Positions 25,878-38,566 are shown, counted from the stretch's first letter. The stretch is 64,000 nucleotides of DNA from Setoptus koraiensis (GCA_048013815.1 CM106586.1:16554001-16618000); one strand, 5' to 3'. Notes: generated by a model not told the origin, from the letters alone. Numbers and translations: made by a program.

Positions 25878-27065
25878 ATGGAATATAAGTTAACCAAAGA
25901 AATCGGCGAAAGGATAGTGGATCATATGAAGGCCACAGGATCTTTCGACTCTATCAGGATGGACTTTGTGGATCACTTCGTAAATTCTGAAGATTATGCT
26001 AGAATCAAAGATGAATTTAAAAATAAAATGCATTCTGACTTTTTCAGGAACAACATACATGTAAATTTAGGTTATCCGAGGAACAAATTGCGAGATCTGT
26101 TGAAGGAGGAGTTCGGTCAGAGATCAAGATTTGGATACAAGCTGCAAAATTCAATTGCAGATGTATTGAAAGAAAAGAAGAACGAATACATGAAGATACA
26201 CGAGGAACAAACCTGGTTGTATCTTGACAAATATCTTAAAGTGGAGCCACCTCCGACACCTGTGGAACCTCAATCCCAGCCTCAGTCCCAATCACAACCA
26301 CAATCTATTCCCCAACCTCCATATGAACCTCCACTTCCACCCTCACCCGAACCTCGCACGCAATCACAACCTCAACAGCAACCACAGATGCCAACACAAC
26401 TACAAGATCCACCACAGCCACAGATGCTACCACAGCCACATATTCAGCCACAACCAACAGTGGCACCACAACAGCAACCACAACCAGAAATGCCACCTCA
26501 ACCACCGATGCAACCCCTAACGCCACCACAACTACAACCTCAAATACAGCTGCAATTGCAACATCAGATACAACCACAGATTCAACCACAGATTCAACCA
26601 CAGATTCAACCACAGATTCAACCACAGATTCAACCACAGATTCAACCACAAATACAACCAGAAATGCAATCCGAAGTCCAGCCACAACTGCAACGAGAAA
26701 TGCAACTTGAGTTACAATCTGAAGTCAGTATGGATACGAACTGTGTCGAGATGGAGCTGGCCTCACCTGAAGATAGTCCACCTCAGCCCATGTATTCTCC
26801 AATCAACCGATCATCTTCGCCAGCCCTTTCTCCGGTGAGCTCAGTGAATACAGGCGACTTATCGGACTACGACGATACTTTATCGCTGGAACCGGACGAG
26901 AAGCCCTATTTTGGCGGAAAGGTTGAGATAAAAGTGGAGGACGTGAAAAAGATAATCTGCGAGCCCGCCCAGCCCGGGACAGGGGGCGAAAATTTGCAGA
27001 GACGCTCGTCGCGACGAGAGCCCAAACCCAACTATAAATACAAGGGCCAGGACTTCACACAATAA
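25878..27065 (+). CDS. BOD1 / COMPASS Shg1-like protein with a Pro/Gln-rich linker
   Basis: N-terminal IVDHMKATGSFDSIRMDF resembles the BOD1/Shg1 motif (LKSxGxFDxFRRDC). It also has an SPVSSVNTGDLSDYDD acidic motif, PQIQ repeats and a basic C-terminus. Intact 395-aa ORF with ATG. Confidence 0.65.
   Translation: MEYKLTKEIGERIVDHMKATGSFDSIRMDFVDHFVNSEDYARIKDEFKNKMHSDFFRNNIHVNLGYPRNKLRDLLKEEFGQRSRFGYKLQNSIADVLKEKKNEYMKIHEEQTWLYLDKYLKVEPPPTPVEPQSQPQSQSQPQSIPQPPYEPPLPPSPEPRTQSQPQQQPQMPTQLQDPPQPQMLPQPHIQPQPTVAPQQQPQPEMPPQPPMQPLTPPQLQPQIQLQLQHQIQPQIQPQIQPQIQPQIQPQIQPQIQPQIQPEMQSEVQPQLQREMQLELQSEVSMDTNCVEMELASPEDSPPQPMYSPINRSSSPALSPVSSVNTGDLSDYDDTLSLEPDEKPYFGGKVEIKVEDVKKIICEPAQPGTGGENLQRRSSRREPKPNYKYKGQDFTQ
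26561..26660 (+). repeat. Coding 12-bp repeat (caaccacagatt) encoding (PQIQ)n
   Basis: About 7-8 tandem units inside the BOD1-like ORF. Confidence 0.9.
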
Positions 27066-27327
27066 AGTTGACGCTGCATGTGGTGTGGCTCTTTTGACGC
27101 ATGCTTGAGACGAGTTTAGGTAGTACACACAAATGAAAATCGTATGATTGTTTAGTAGATTTTGTTTATTGTTACCTTGATGCCATTGGTTACAGTTAAA
27201 TATGTTCAATAAATGACATTAAGTATAAATCATAGATAGCTTTTGTTGATAATGGTGTTGTGTGTATTACATACGATAGTAGCTGTACGAGGGCATAGAG
27301 GCACCGGTTGTTGACATTGGCGAACTA

Positions 27328-27828
27328 CTAATCTTTGAGTTCGCCACTGTTGGCGACGACAATTTTCTGTTTGGTTTGGCCGTTTTGCGAACCGAAGGAC
27401 TCGATCTTTTTGACCACATCCATACCGTCGGTGACAGTGCCGAACACAACATGTTTGCCATCTAACCAGGCCGTCTTGACAGTGGTCAGAAAGAATTGAG
27501 ATCCGTTAGTGTTTGGTCCGGCGTTGGCCATAGACAGCACACCTGGTCCGGTGTGTTTCAGTTGGAAGTTTTCGTCGGCAAACTTTTCGCCATAGATGGA
27601 TTTGCCGCCCGTTCCGTCGCCCTTGGTGAAGTCGCCGCCCTGACACATGAAACTGGGTATAACACGATGGAATTTGCTTCCCTTGTAACCGAATCCCTTT
27701 TCGCCGGTGCACAAGGCTCTGAAATTTTCGGCTGTCTTTGGCACAACGTCGGCGCGCAATTCCATGACAATGCGTCCCAACGGTTGGTTGTTGGCCTCCA
27801 TGTCGAAAAATACCTTTGGGTTGGGCAT
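27328..27828 (-). CDS. Cyclophilin-type peptidyl-prolyl isomerase (CypA/CypD-like). The in-frame upstream extension resembles a mitochondrial presequence.
   Basis: [96 protein letters not shown]. The first in-frame ATG is at 27828; the track start at 28008 is TTG. Confidence 0.97.
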   Translation of the reverse strand: MPNPKVFFDMEANNQPLGRIVMELRADVVPKTAENFRALCTGEKGFGYKGSKFHRVIPSFMCQGGDFTKGDGTGGKSIYGEKFADENFQLKHTGPGVLSMANAGPNTNGSQFFLTTVKTAWLDGKHVVFGTVTDGMDVVKKIESFGSQNGQTKQKIVVANSGELKD

Positions 27829-29316
27829 GTTGCTGTTGTTGACTGTTGTTGAAGCTGATTTAGCTGTTGCCGCTGCTGCTGCTGTTGCAGAAGAATGTAG
27901 TGATGATGATGATCTAAAAACTAACTGGCCTAACGCGCGCGTTGCTAGTATTTTGGTACCTATGGTGACAATGTGGTTGCCGTCGTCTGATTGAACACAA
28001 TTCGACAATTCGACACTGTGTAACGTGTGTATTATGTAATTAGCTGTCGGTTAGATTGGTATCGCTTTAGAATGGAGAGTGGCCCTAATCGATGGTGTGT
28101 GTTTTATACGCCGTGTGTGTGTGTGTGCCAGTTGAGAGAGACAGAGAAAGAAGATTCCAGACTTTCTTCGTTCGCTCTGTTGTGTGTTCACGCTGCTTTA
28201 GTTGCCGGTTGCTCGCTCACACACACGCACGCACTGCAGCGTCGTTGTTCTTCTGTCTGTGTCTGCCTGTTTCAGCCTGCGCTGCTGGCATTGTGCCGCA
28301 ACAGCAGTGGTGCTGGCATGCACACCGCACACTGCGTATAGGTGCACACAAATATAGCTTGCTTCCTCCACTCCGTCATCGTTCTCGTGTGTGTCTGCTT
28401 CATTTTAAACGCACACACACACACGCACACACACACACACAAGCACGCCAAGCAAGGCATGCGTGTTGTGCCTCTGCGAGCATGCCACTCCGATTCGACA
28501 CCGTGCGTGTGTGCGTGCGTGTGTGCCCTACACACACTCTCCATGTGTGTGCGTGTGTGTGTGCGTGCGAGTGCGAAACTTTCATTGGATGAGTAGTGCG
28601 TTCGTTCGTTCGTTTCTTTCTTTGTTCGATGCCACCACCCTGCAGACTGCAGGGTCTGCACCAACAATTTGCCTCACAATGGCCGCAAAAACCCCGAACA
28701 GAGCATTGGCCGTCTATCGATCACTAAATGAACAGTGCCACTAATCGGGCCGAAAACTCTGTCCTCTTGCCCGCAGTTGCACAACACTCCAAAGTTCTAG
28801 CCCTGAACAGCACAACTGTACAACGCGCAACAGCCAAAACTCATTCGGACAGAAATGGTCACCCTGTATCCACTGCCATGCCAAACACACCGTACCTAAA
28901 GTGCGAAACTGCACTCGTTTCAACGTTGGACGCCATCGTCAACACCACCGTCGACAAACGCAAAAACTCGTCTTTCGTTATGTAACTCCTCCAACACTAA
29001 ACACACACTCAACATGTCCCAGACATGTTGAGATAATACACATCAAGATGTCTATAATCCCAGATAATATAATATTCAACATGCCAGCCCAGCCACTTGG
29101 TGCCACATTACCCGGAGCCTGTCCACGCCGGAGAGAGTCAACTGTATCGTTCTTGTTTATTGTGCCCAAGTGTACATCGTCTAGACACTTACGCAGCGCG
29201 CTGCTAAGGTATTAGTGGTGCAAATCTGTCCCATTGGGAAGCAGTTTTATTCTTTATTGTCATTTTACGTCAGTTTATGTCCATTTCTCGTTGTCAGTCT
29301 ATATAAAAATACTTGG

Positions 29317-32300
29317 TCAAATGCTCAATCTACGTACACAATTTAAATATATACGGGTGCAATCGGAGGGAGTGCGACCTTCAAGGATTCGCCATCTACT
29401 GGACAATTCATTAGATGCCGATTTTGTCCCATACCCGTTGTCGTCGTCATAAGCCTTGTGTCCATCTGAAACTTTGTGCGATTTGAATCTTATCCCTGGT
29501 GGTGTGTACTTTGAGATGCAAGAGTGCAACTTCTCTTCTAGCTTGCCTTCATCCAGATGATTGCGGTAATCTTGTAGTTCAATTTGCGACATCAATGCAC
29601 CTAACTCATAAGCCAGAGCATCTGTAACTGGCAATCTGCCACTCATTATCTCATGATTGATTTGATGGACAATGAGTAGCTTCTCTCTATCAGTCTCGTG
29701 CGTCGACTTGACCAGTGGCAGTCTTTTCTTGCAGACCAACTTTATGACCTTAGTATTCTCAAATCTACCCGAATGTTCGCGCCTAAAAGTATGCTCCCAC
29801 CAACCAACTACGTCCATCAACTTTCTTTGGGGTTCCAGTATATGCAGGACATCTCCGCCTAGAGGATCATCTGAGAAGAGGTAAAAGTCAGATAGTCTAG
29901 ACACCCGTATGTCGGTTTGAGAGCAGAGCGATGACATGAACTCCTCTACAGTGGTCGAACCGTCGGCTCCAACTAAAATATAAGAATTGTCCATAAAGTT
30001 GACAGGTATAGAATGAGGATGCGAATGGTCGTATGGGTTTCGTAGAATTAAACCTAGTATCTCTGTACGAGAGGGTATCATCTCTCTTGGTCCGTTGATT
30101 AGTGTTCGCTCAAAAGCCTGTCTACAATACTTGGCATATTTTCCCAAGAAATTTGCCTCATTTGAAAAAGTTGATAGATGATTCTCTAGCCACCATCTTA
30201 TACGACCAGTAGGAAGTGTGAGGGATAATGTGGCTGCGAGTATCTGAAAGGCTTGTACGATTTCTTTAGAAGATGACGGTGCGGGCGCACATCCTTGCTT
30301 TTCGCCAGAAGTATCAGACGAATCATTTGTGGTGGACTTCTTTCGGTAATCTTCGGAAAGAGACGCCGAACGCGACGAGCACTTGTCCTTGAAGATGTTA
30401 TCCAGGTTATTGGGATTAATTTCTATATGACATTTATCGCGAAAGTCAGAATGTCCATTAGCACATGTATAGTTGGCTCTCGTGTTCTTGATAGGTGAGG
30501 ACAGTCCACAATTATGTCGGATATAAGTAATTTGCTTGATAATTTGTGCGTAAAATTCATTACGTAATTCAGGATTGTCGAGATACTTTTTCAGGCAGTT
30601 CTGAAGGAGACAGACGTGATAGTCAATCCCTATTGGATTGAGTGGTACCTGGGTAAAAAGTTGGATAGATTTGAACAATTCAACTGCGTTCAACTTCGAA
30701 CTCTCATTAGGTAGTGTCGTCAATGGCTGACTCAAAGGTTTGTCAACGTATGCGAGAGTCGCATAATCAGCCCACTGACAGGTGATCTGGTCAGTATCCT
30801 CGTCCGAACAATACAATGAGTCAAATTGCTCGCTTGATCTTTTCATCATTATTCTGAATAGAGATCGTTCGTAAGGTGTTCCACTAGATTGATCTGAACG
30901 CGAGGCCTTCGCTAAATGAAAGAACCATTTGTCCACATCCTGTTGATCTGCTAGGGTTAAATAGGTTGGATCACAATTTTTCGCAAATCTAGGATAGATG
31001 GCAAGACTGCATTCGTGATTGAACCCATCTTGATTTGATCCTGTAGTATATGTTTCGTCGTCACAAGATTCAAATCCGCTTGATATCTCTCTTACTTTAC
31101 TTTCCTTGAGAGGTAAATAACCAATAGGGACAGGCTCGTTGTTAGATTTGAGAAAGAATAAAACATGGTCGACCAAGGACGCATAACATTTCTTTGTGTA
31201 ACCTTGACGTATCATGGAAACTATGCCCTCGTGACTAGAACGTGATCGAACCAAAGTTTCTGGATTGAGATCGCTCATACTTAATGCAACACCAATTATC
31301 TTAAGCCATTCGTCTCTCACATCAGATGACTCTGCTATAAGCTGGTACACTTTTCCTTGTGATGATATTTTGAAAGGGTAGTTGTTTTCTCCCATACTTA
31401 CTCCAGCTACTATTTTGCAGTCTGGTGTCAACTTAAATTTTGAATCAGGATTGCTCTTGGTCATTTCCTCGTTCTCATTTTTGTAAGAGTATAGATGAAA
31501 ATTTTTGAGAACGTACCATCTTCGGTGATTTTTGATGGCACCTGGCTTAATAAGATAGCCCCGCTTCATAAGATCTGTTGAAATTATATCGAAGAGATTT
31601 TCGACTATTGGTGGTTTTCTGATAGATTGAGTTCGCATTATTTCTCTGTGATTATTCTTCGATCTAAGAGGACTATCCACACTAGAATATTCTAAACTTG
31701 GCACATCATATTGATCGGCTGTATCGTAGCAGTGACTTTTGTATTGACTGATTGGTACATGTTGAGAAGAACGAGAGCTAGAATTGTCATTAGATGTCTG
31801 ATGATTAGAAGATTCAATAGGGGCACTTCCGCTATTGCTCAGCTCTAAGAATATATCGGAATCAGAATCGAGTATAAAATTCTCATTAATTTGTTCACCT
31901 AATATGTTGGTGAACGTTGGACGGATAACTGCTAACAAGTTATTCCTACTGTTGCCATCTGAATGTTGGTTGCAGTTGGACGATTCTGACTCAAGAGAAT
32001 GTCGAGTACTCTCATGTTCTTTAGATAAGTTTTGATTAGAACTATACTTTGAGCTCCCGTCTAAATGTTGGGCCTTGATTTGAGCACATGTGTCTTGAGC
32101 TAATTGATATAGCGCCTTTTCCCATCTATCTGATTGATGTAGAGGCGGAGGTGGAGGGTTATCTTCATCATAGTGACGTTCAATATGCGGTGCATCATAA
32201 ACGTTTGGATCGCAATACTTGTTTCTCGGTTGAGAAAATTCCGGAAGACCATTCGTCAACTTAGTTCTGTTTTCTGGGATCCCGGCAAGACTACGCTTCG

Positions 32301-33375
32301 GTTCAAGCGTAACCGAGTCGTACACAGGGCTTCCTTTCTGGTTACGTCTAGGTGTAGCGATTGTGTGATCATGAGGTTTTGTACTGGACTCTCTTTTGAT
32401 TTTGGCAGGTAAAGTCATTCCAGGGCTTATCTTTGTCGTATTTGACGATTGCTGATGGATGGAACTTAGTGGTACGGAAAGATCGGATGTTCCAAAATTG
32501 TGTTTTCTTGGTGTTGCTGAATCTTGATCATTGTCGCTGTTACTTGAGGATGACACAGCTCTAAAAGAATTCTTCATGTGACGTCTCTTGGTAGGTATAG
32601 ATCTATTAGAATCCAAAAAAGTGGAGATCTCATTCTTGTTGGAAACTGAAGCTCTGTCCTCCATCGTCTTGATGACTTCACATCGTCCTTGAAATTTTCT
32701 CGCCACTAGAGGACTTAATATCGCTAGTTTATTATTAAGATTATCTACCTGTTCTTTCTGTCGTCTATTTTGTTCCTTCAGCTTTTTATTTTGATCTTCG
32801 AGTTCCTTCAACTTATTTGCTACCCATTCCTTGATTTTTGCAGCTTTCTCTTCAACTTGACGAGCGTCTTGCAATCTGAGTTTCCTTTGATCTTCAACAA
32901 GACGTTCAAGATCGTGGATACGTCTTTCTTTTTGCTCAACTAAGGACATCTCTCTATCCATACTGTCTTTATTGTTGGTGCTAATGGTTCTTGCAAGAGT
33001 CCTGTGATACTGTTGCTGCTGATTTAGTTTGTTTTCGAGGATATTTATTCGCTCGAGCAAACTTTGGCGTGATCTTAATGAAAGGAAGCGTGTCCTCGTG
33101 CAGTTCGGATCCTCACAAGTTGATGAATCAATCGTAGATTGCAAGTGGTCTTCTAAGATAACGCTTATCCTGGTTGTGGAATCTAGACTAGAGCCAGAAT
33201 GTACCTCAGAAGGCTTTGGTGGTGAGATACGGTGACTATTACGATCAGGATCTCTAACTATTAATTTTGACTTGGCGCTGCTCCTAGATTCTCTATGATT
33301 TTCAGAGGAACCGTCCTGTTCATATCTTGAGCTGAACTGTCTGTCTTGGGTAAATGTCTCACTTTCGTTCGTCAT
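29317..33375 (-). CDS. PLEKHH: PLEKHH1/2 (MAX-1)-like coiled-coil + 2xPH + MyTH4 + partial FERM protein; single coding exon
   Basis: Conserved RLQDARQVEEKAAKIKEWVANKL coiled coil; PH1 (KRGYLIK..RRWYVLKN..DEWLKII); PH2 (KKCYASLVDHVLFF..DKWFFHLAKAS); MyTH4 (LFKSIQLF..LRNEFYAQIIKQ..IPSRTEI..NPYDHSHP); FERM F1-F2. ATG at 33375. A strong acceptor ttttttcag| at 33494 implies an upstream 5' UTR intron. Confidence 0.9.
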   Translation of the reverse strand: MTNESETFTQDRQFSSRYEQDGSSENHRESRSSAKSKLIVRDPDRNSHRISPPKPSEVHSGSSLDSTTRISVILEDHLQSTIDSSTCEDPNCTRTRFLSLRSRQSLLERINILENKLNQQQQYHRTLARTISTNNKDSMDREMSLVEQKERRIHDLERLVEDQRKLRLQDARQVEEKAAKIKEWVANKLKELEDQNKKLKEQNRRQKEQVDNLNNKLAILSPLVARKFQGRCEVIKTMEDRASVSNKNEISTFLDSNRSIPTKRRHMKNSFRAVSSSSNSDNDQDSATPRKHNFGTSDLSVPLSSIHQQSSNTTKISPGMTLPAKIKRESSTKPHDHTIATPRRNQKGSPVYDSVTLEPKRSLAGIPENRTKLTNGLPEFSQPRNKYCDPNVYDAPHIERHYDEDNPPPPPLHQSDRWEKALYQLAQDTCAQIKAQHLDGSSKYSSNQNLSKEHESTRHSLESESSNCNQHSDGNSRNNLLAVIRPTFTNILGEQINENFILDSDSDIFLELSNSGSAPIESSNHQTSNDNSSSRSSQHVPISQYKSHCYDTADQYDVPSLEYSSVDSPLRSKNNHREIMRTQSIRKPPIVENLFDIISTDLMKRGYLIKPGAIKNHRRWYVLKNFHLYSYKNENEEMTKSNPDSKFKLTPDCKIVAGVSMGENNYPFKISSQGKVYQLIAESSDVRDEWLKIIGVALSMSDLNPETLVRSRSSHEGIVSMIRQGYTKKCYASLVDHVLFFLKSNNEPVPIGYLPLKESKVREISSGFESCDDETYTTGSNQDGFNHECSLAIYPRFAKNCDPTYLTLADQQDVDKWFFHLAKASRSDQSSGTPYERSLFRIMMKRSSEQFDSLYCSDEDTDQITCQWADYATLAYVDKPLSQPLTTLPNESSKLNAVELFKSIQLFTQVPLNPIGIDYHVCLLQNCLKKYLDNPELRNEFYAQIIKQITYIRHNCGLSSPIKNTRANYTCANGHSDFRDKCHIEINPNNLDNIFKDKCSSRSASLSEDYRKKSTTNDSSDTSGEKQGCAPAPSSSKEIVQAFQILAATLSLTLPTGRIRWWLENHLSTFSNEANFLGKYAKYCRQAFERTLINGPREMIPSRTEILGLILRNPYDHSHPHSIPVNFMDNSYILVGADGSTTVEEFMSSLCSQTDIRVSRLSDFYLFSDDPLGGDVLHILEPQRKLMDVVGWWEHTFRREHSGRFENTKVIKLVCKKRLPLVKSTHETDREKLLIVHQINHEIMSGRLPVTDALAYELGALMSQIELQDYRNHLDEGKLEEKLHSCISKYTPPGIRFKSHKVSDGHKAYDDDNGYGTKSASNELSSRWRILEGRTPSDCTRIYLNCVRRLSI

Positions 33376-35131
33376 TTTGAATATTGTCACGGTTAGATAC
33401 AATAGAATAATGATGCAAATCAGTTTATGTCAAACATGATAGTTCAATCGATATAGGGTTGCAAAGTGCTGTTTCGTAAGTGCTGTGGGTTAACTGAAAA
33501 AACAAACTGAATAAAATAAGACGAATAACTAAAACAATCGTTGAATCTTGATTGATGCTGAATTAATTAGTTTGCAATCTCTTTATATTTGGCCGGTATC
33601 GCAGACTGTGCGAATTTTTGTATCAATAATTATTTCGTTATCATTTCATGTTACTGTTATAAATATATCATTAAACCATCTGACGGTTACTAATAACGTT
33701 TAGAGTTGAATACCTATGAATAAAATGTTGATGTAAAGTTTGATAAGATGATTGTTACAAAGAGCTAATGATGAACAACAATGATAACAGTTGCCATTCT
33801 TGAGCGCTTGCTATAGTAAATGGAGGATGATGATGATTAGCAGACTTCTTGAGTGTATTATCTTATGAAGTGCTATTATTGTGCTTTTGCTAGCGAGATA
33901 AATCATAGATATTGTTCATAAAAGTTACATGTTGCTTCAGATATGATGCCGCCTAGCTCTTAGTATATTGGTTGGAGCGTGAAGTAGTTATTATACTGCC
34001 CGAAACTACTGTAACATCATGAGAGTAAATCATAATCTGAGTGTAGGCACCCTTGGCATGATTTTCAGCTAGTTCCTCTATACAATTGTTGTTAAATGTG
34101 TTATCTTTGTCTTTCTATTTGCAAAACCTCTAGCTTCGCGTATTTTGGGGAAGATGACGATATAAGCACACTTCAAATTCTTCTATTGCATTCACATAGA
34201 ATGTTACAACATCAGAGTGAGGCTAGTTAACTAATCTCTCTAACAGTCCTCCGCTCTGCCTCTCTGTCTTGGGTCACAGAGAAGAAATGGCATGCATGCT
34301 TAATTGTTGCTCACTGTATGACTGAATAGTATTATTACATATGTGTCTCGATGATGTAAGGGCCAAGTTGATGAAATGCTAAAGTTTGTGCACTATTATC
34401 ATGATTGTTGAGTATGTGTATGTTAAGCAACATGCATACAGTCAAAATTATGGAGACATAAAAGTCAATAAACTCAAAGATATGACGGGAAGCTTGAATG
34501 AACCGAGCTTGAAACTAAGTAATAATAATAAAATTTTTCATGTGCGTTAAATTAAATTATGGAAATAATAGTAACAATAATAATCTTTGTCGTCAATTAT
34601 TGATGATGATGATCATAAAAGGAACAAACAAAAAGTTAACTAGTGATAATGGAACTGATGAGATGTTGTCGTTGTCATAACTATGCCTAATGAGCCAACA
34701 ATGTACGTGCGGCCGACCTCTGGAGACTACTTACAGGTTGAATTGCTGTAGACTTGTAGTTGGATATTGATCTCCTTGTTTTATGTTATGAAAATAATAA
34801 TATTTTTCCGGTTCGATCGAACACGACCTGAGTAGAGGCAATACGCACCGCTAAATAAGTGATCGCAATGCAATGGTATAATGGTAATTACGTGGTATCG
34901 TTGTATAGAAAAATAGTAATAATGTCCGACTAATGAAACATCACAATTTGTGATTCACAAGGGATAGACTAGTGGTGTGTGTGTGTGTATTTAGTATCAC
35001 TGATCGTATCGACTATTAGGAGAATTGGCTTGGATTTGGTTGGTGTCAACACAGCAATGATGAATGACGGCGTCGTTCAGTTAAGTTCATTCGATTCGAT
35101 GATGAATATCCGATTACACTCAATATCATCT

Positions 35132-35133
<2 letters not shown>

Positions 35134-35204
<71 letters not shown>
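35134..35204. repeat. (GT)n microsatellite, ~35 units
   Basis: Direct reading. Confidence 0.97.
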
Positions 35205-35205
<1 letters not shown>

Positions 35206-35821
35206 GTCTGTTGCAAGTTGCAACAAATGATGGACGACCATGTGAGCTGCAGGTCAGAGTTGTTGTGAGTCAGTTGAGTTTCTCATGAAATTCAGTCCGT
35301 GTGTCTGGCTTGCTAAAATGTAGATATTGCTGTGTTCAATTATCTGAATAGGCTATGTTTGTGGAATAAAAATAATATTATAATATAATATAATCTCTTG
35401 TCGTTGTACGTTACTAATAATTACAAGTATGCCTCTCACAACAGATGTTTGCTATTAGCAATGTATTGGATATGAGAATAGCTGCCTGGATTGATTGGAT
35501 GGATTTTACTAATTAGCTATTGGCGTTGTCAGGCCTATTGGTTGCACATTATTCTATTCTTCGTTTCATGACTCTACAGACAGGACGGACTGGCGCTACT
35601 GGCGCTAATCAGCGATTAAGACGACGATAATAATGATGCCTGTCCCCTGAATAGTTGCAGCATTTGCGTTTTGTTTGTTAGTGGTCCATGATAGGGAATA
35701 TTATATTGCCTATCGAAGAGATCTCCAGTTCCATGATCATTCCATCGGCAGCAGCAGCGGCAGCAGCAGCAGGGTTGGCGCTGGTCTGTGGTGGTGGGCA
35801 GAGAAAGAAAACAACAACAAC

Positions 35822-35822
<1 letters not shown>

Positions 35823-35861
<39 letters not shown>
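35823..35861. repeat. (CA)n microsatellite, ~19 units
   Basis: Direct reading. Confidence 0.95.
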
Positions 35862-35862
<1 letters not shown>

Positions 35863-38566
35863 TCGCTGACTTGCGAGAGCGAATCGTTCTACAGTGAACA
35901 GCCCCAATGTATGGAACGTAAACATGAGTATCACTAGTAGTGCTGCCGCTGCTGCTGCAATAATTACTTGCATCTGCGCAACAGTGGACCAGCGACTGTG
36001 CTCGGCACGCACGGTCACTTTCATGACGAACTCTCTCTATCTCTCTCGTTGCATGCTTGCTTGTCAGTCAGTGCCCACAAGGTATACGCCGGATCGAACT
36101 AACAGAATCGAATTTGATGAACGGACGATTTTGTTCGAAATTCGAATGTTTCACCATCATTTCGACACACATTCGTCCAGACGCTGGCTGGTGTCTAGTT
36201 TGTGTGAGCGAACATTGCATACGGCGACCGTGTAATGTGGTGCCACAAAGCGCGGCCATTGCGACTCAACATCGAACAGTGCCGTTGCCAAACCAATGTG
36301 TGCAAAGGGGGCAGCGGGGGAGGCACCACAACAAACATGCTACGGCCAACATTGCTATAGGCGCTGTCTGTGAAAGCTCCCATGCCACTACAAGTGGCGC
36401 GTCCCCCACACCTCCCATTCCACTTACACCCACCGAGAGCCGTGCAGTGGTCGTGCTGTCGAATGTACACACAATGTGGGTAATGAATGCCATTAAGACA
36501 CTCGCCGTCACAACAAAGCCACTGGGCAACTGCAATGGGCGCAACAAATACAGAGAATCTTGCATAATCTTTTGTCATAATCTTACTTCACACTCGTCAA
36601 GGCAGCCAAGATAAAGAGTCGCCTCGGACAGTTTCCAAAAAGAGAGAGCCAAGACTCGATGAAGGCGAACAACACGATGAAAGAGAAAAGTATGATGGTT
36701 GTGAAGCATGATATTTCGGCGAATCGAGATCGTTGATTCCATTATCGCCCGCCAAGGTGATTCTTTTCTTCTAGAGGGAGCAAATTTGGCACTGGTCACT
36801 CACAAAACTAAACTCTGGATACGCTCTCAAACTAGATAGAAGCGCCACTGTTTGTGGCAGCGGGCCGTAGATGAGCCCGAATGGCATGGGCGAAAAACGC
36901 GAGAGTGAGTCGAAATACTTGCATCACATGGCGTCTTACCTGCCTAAATAACAATAATGTTTCTGCCCCATTGTTTGTCCGGTCTCCAGCGAGCTGTCTC
37001 CCCATGCAAGACTGGGCCCGTTACTCGGGTGGGCGTTTGCTTGTTCGAGCAACTGTCCGGCTAGACCGGTCAGGTGGGCAGAAGCCCCGTGGACACTGTC
37101 AGCGCTAATCACTCACAACACTTGTCAGTAGCATTCGATCAATTGACAGGCAAGCCTATTGTTGGCGAATGCCAATTCCATGATTGAAGCCACTCCAATG
37201 CTGGCCGAACATTCGAATGATTGCCAGCGACAGCAACGAATTCTAACCGAATTCGAAGGTGGCAAAAAGAGAGCATTGCAGGTGGCTGACACAATACATG
37301 ACACGAATTACATAACGCAAATGACTTTGGAACAAGAACTTGTTGGTTACTCATCGCACCCGGCCAACAACACATTCTTTGTTTTGGCCTGACTAAAAGT
37401 AAACTTGAAATCGTTGCCGTTCTTTGCCGACACAATGACGAATGACAAAATGAGAGATTTGTTGTGTGCTGGCGGTGTCGTCATCACAACAGGTTGATAT
37501 GGTTGCAGTTAATGCTTCGTCGTCACTGAGCCCTTTTCGTGGAAACTAGAAGGCAACTCGACGAGCGAATTGTGTGTGGCTACACAAAGAATCAGACATT
37601 ATATTATGCATCATGTACATGGATGAAAGAGAGTGATCACTCTGTCCCATGTTGCTGAATTCAGTCCAACAAATAGCCCAGCAATAGTAATACACCTGTA
37701 TACTACTGTCGCACAATATATTTCAGTGTATCAAGCAACAAAATATCTTCATATATATTACATAAACACTAACATGTGACATCATCAGTCATAGCCGAGC
37801 TTGCGGACTGTAACCAATTAAGTAAAAAGCATCTAAGCCGTAAACTGCGTCTAAACCACAATCTCAACTAATATTAGCATAATCTTCATTTCACTTGTGA
37901 GCCAGTGGGCTGAATTCGACCCAGATATTTCATTTTATTTTATTTTGTTAATTTAATAACTGCTAGCTGTTGCGTCATGTTGATATAATTAAGGCGTCAG
38001 TATCATTAGCGTCATCAGCACAGATGAACAGCCGTCGGACTAGTTTGTTAGCCATTCCAAAGGCATCTCTTTTTTGTCTCTTCATGCCTTCTTCTTGTTT
38101 CGATAAGAATCATTTATCGCACAAATAAAGTCATCCATTGCTATTCCTCGTAATCGCAACAGTATTCATCATCGTCGCAGCAGCATTCATCATCGTCGGG
38201 CATATCATCATTTGGATCATCCGTATAATAGTAGATGGGAATGTGCTCTATGAGGCTTTTTTATCGAATTTCGTCGTTTTTGTTTTCGTTGTTATTATTT
38301 ATGTTTCCACGATTGTTTTGAGCGATATTAATAGTAGACAAATAAAAGTGAAATTGCTGAAATTTAAAAAAGCTTGAATATAAAAATATTTTAATGACCT
38401 CGTCGCCTTTGTTGTTGCATTCTCGCGAAGCGAGACGTTCAACGGGCAACAGCACCATCATTACCATTCCGAAACGACTACTACCATTGCCATGTCCACA
38501 AGTTACCTTATGAAAGTTATCTCAATCTATTTGTGTGTTAGTTTTGTCACACAATATTTTATCTAT

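Noticed and set aside
38141-38247. Acidic Cys-rich exon-like stretch on the minus strand (HIPIYYYTDDPNDDMPDDDECCCDDDEYCCDYEE*)
   Set aside because: No phase-compatible upstream exon or start could be assigned; it may be GGH 3' flank built from gat/tgc repeats.
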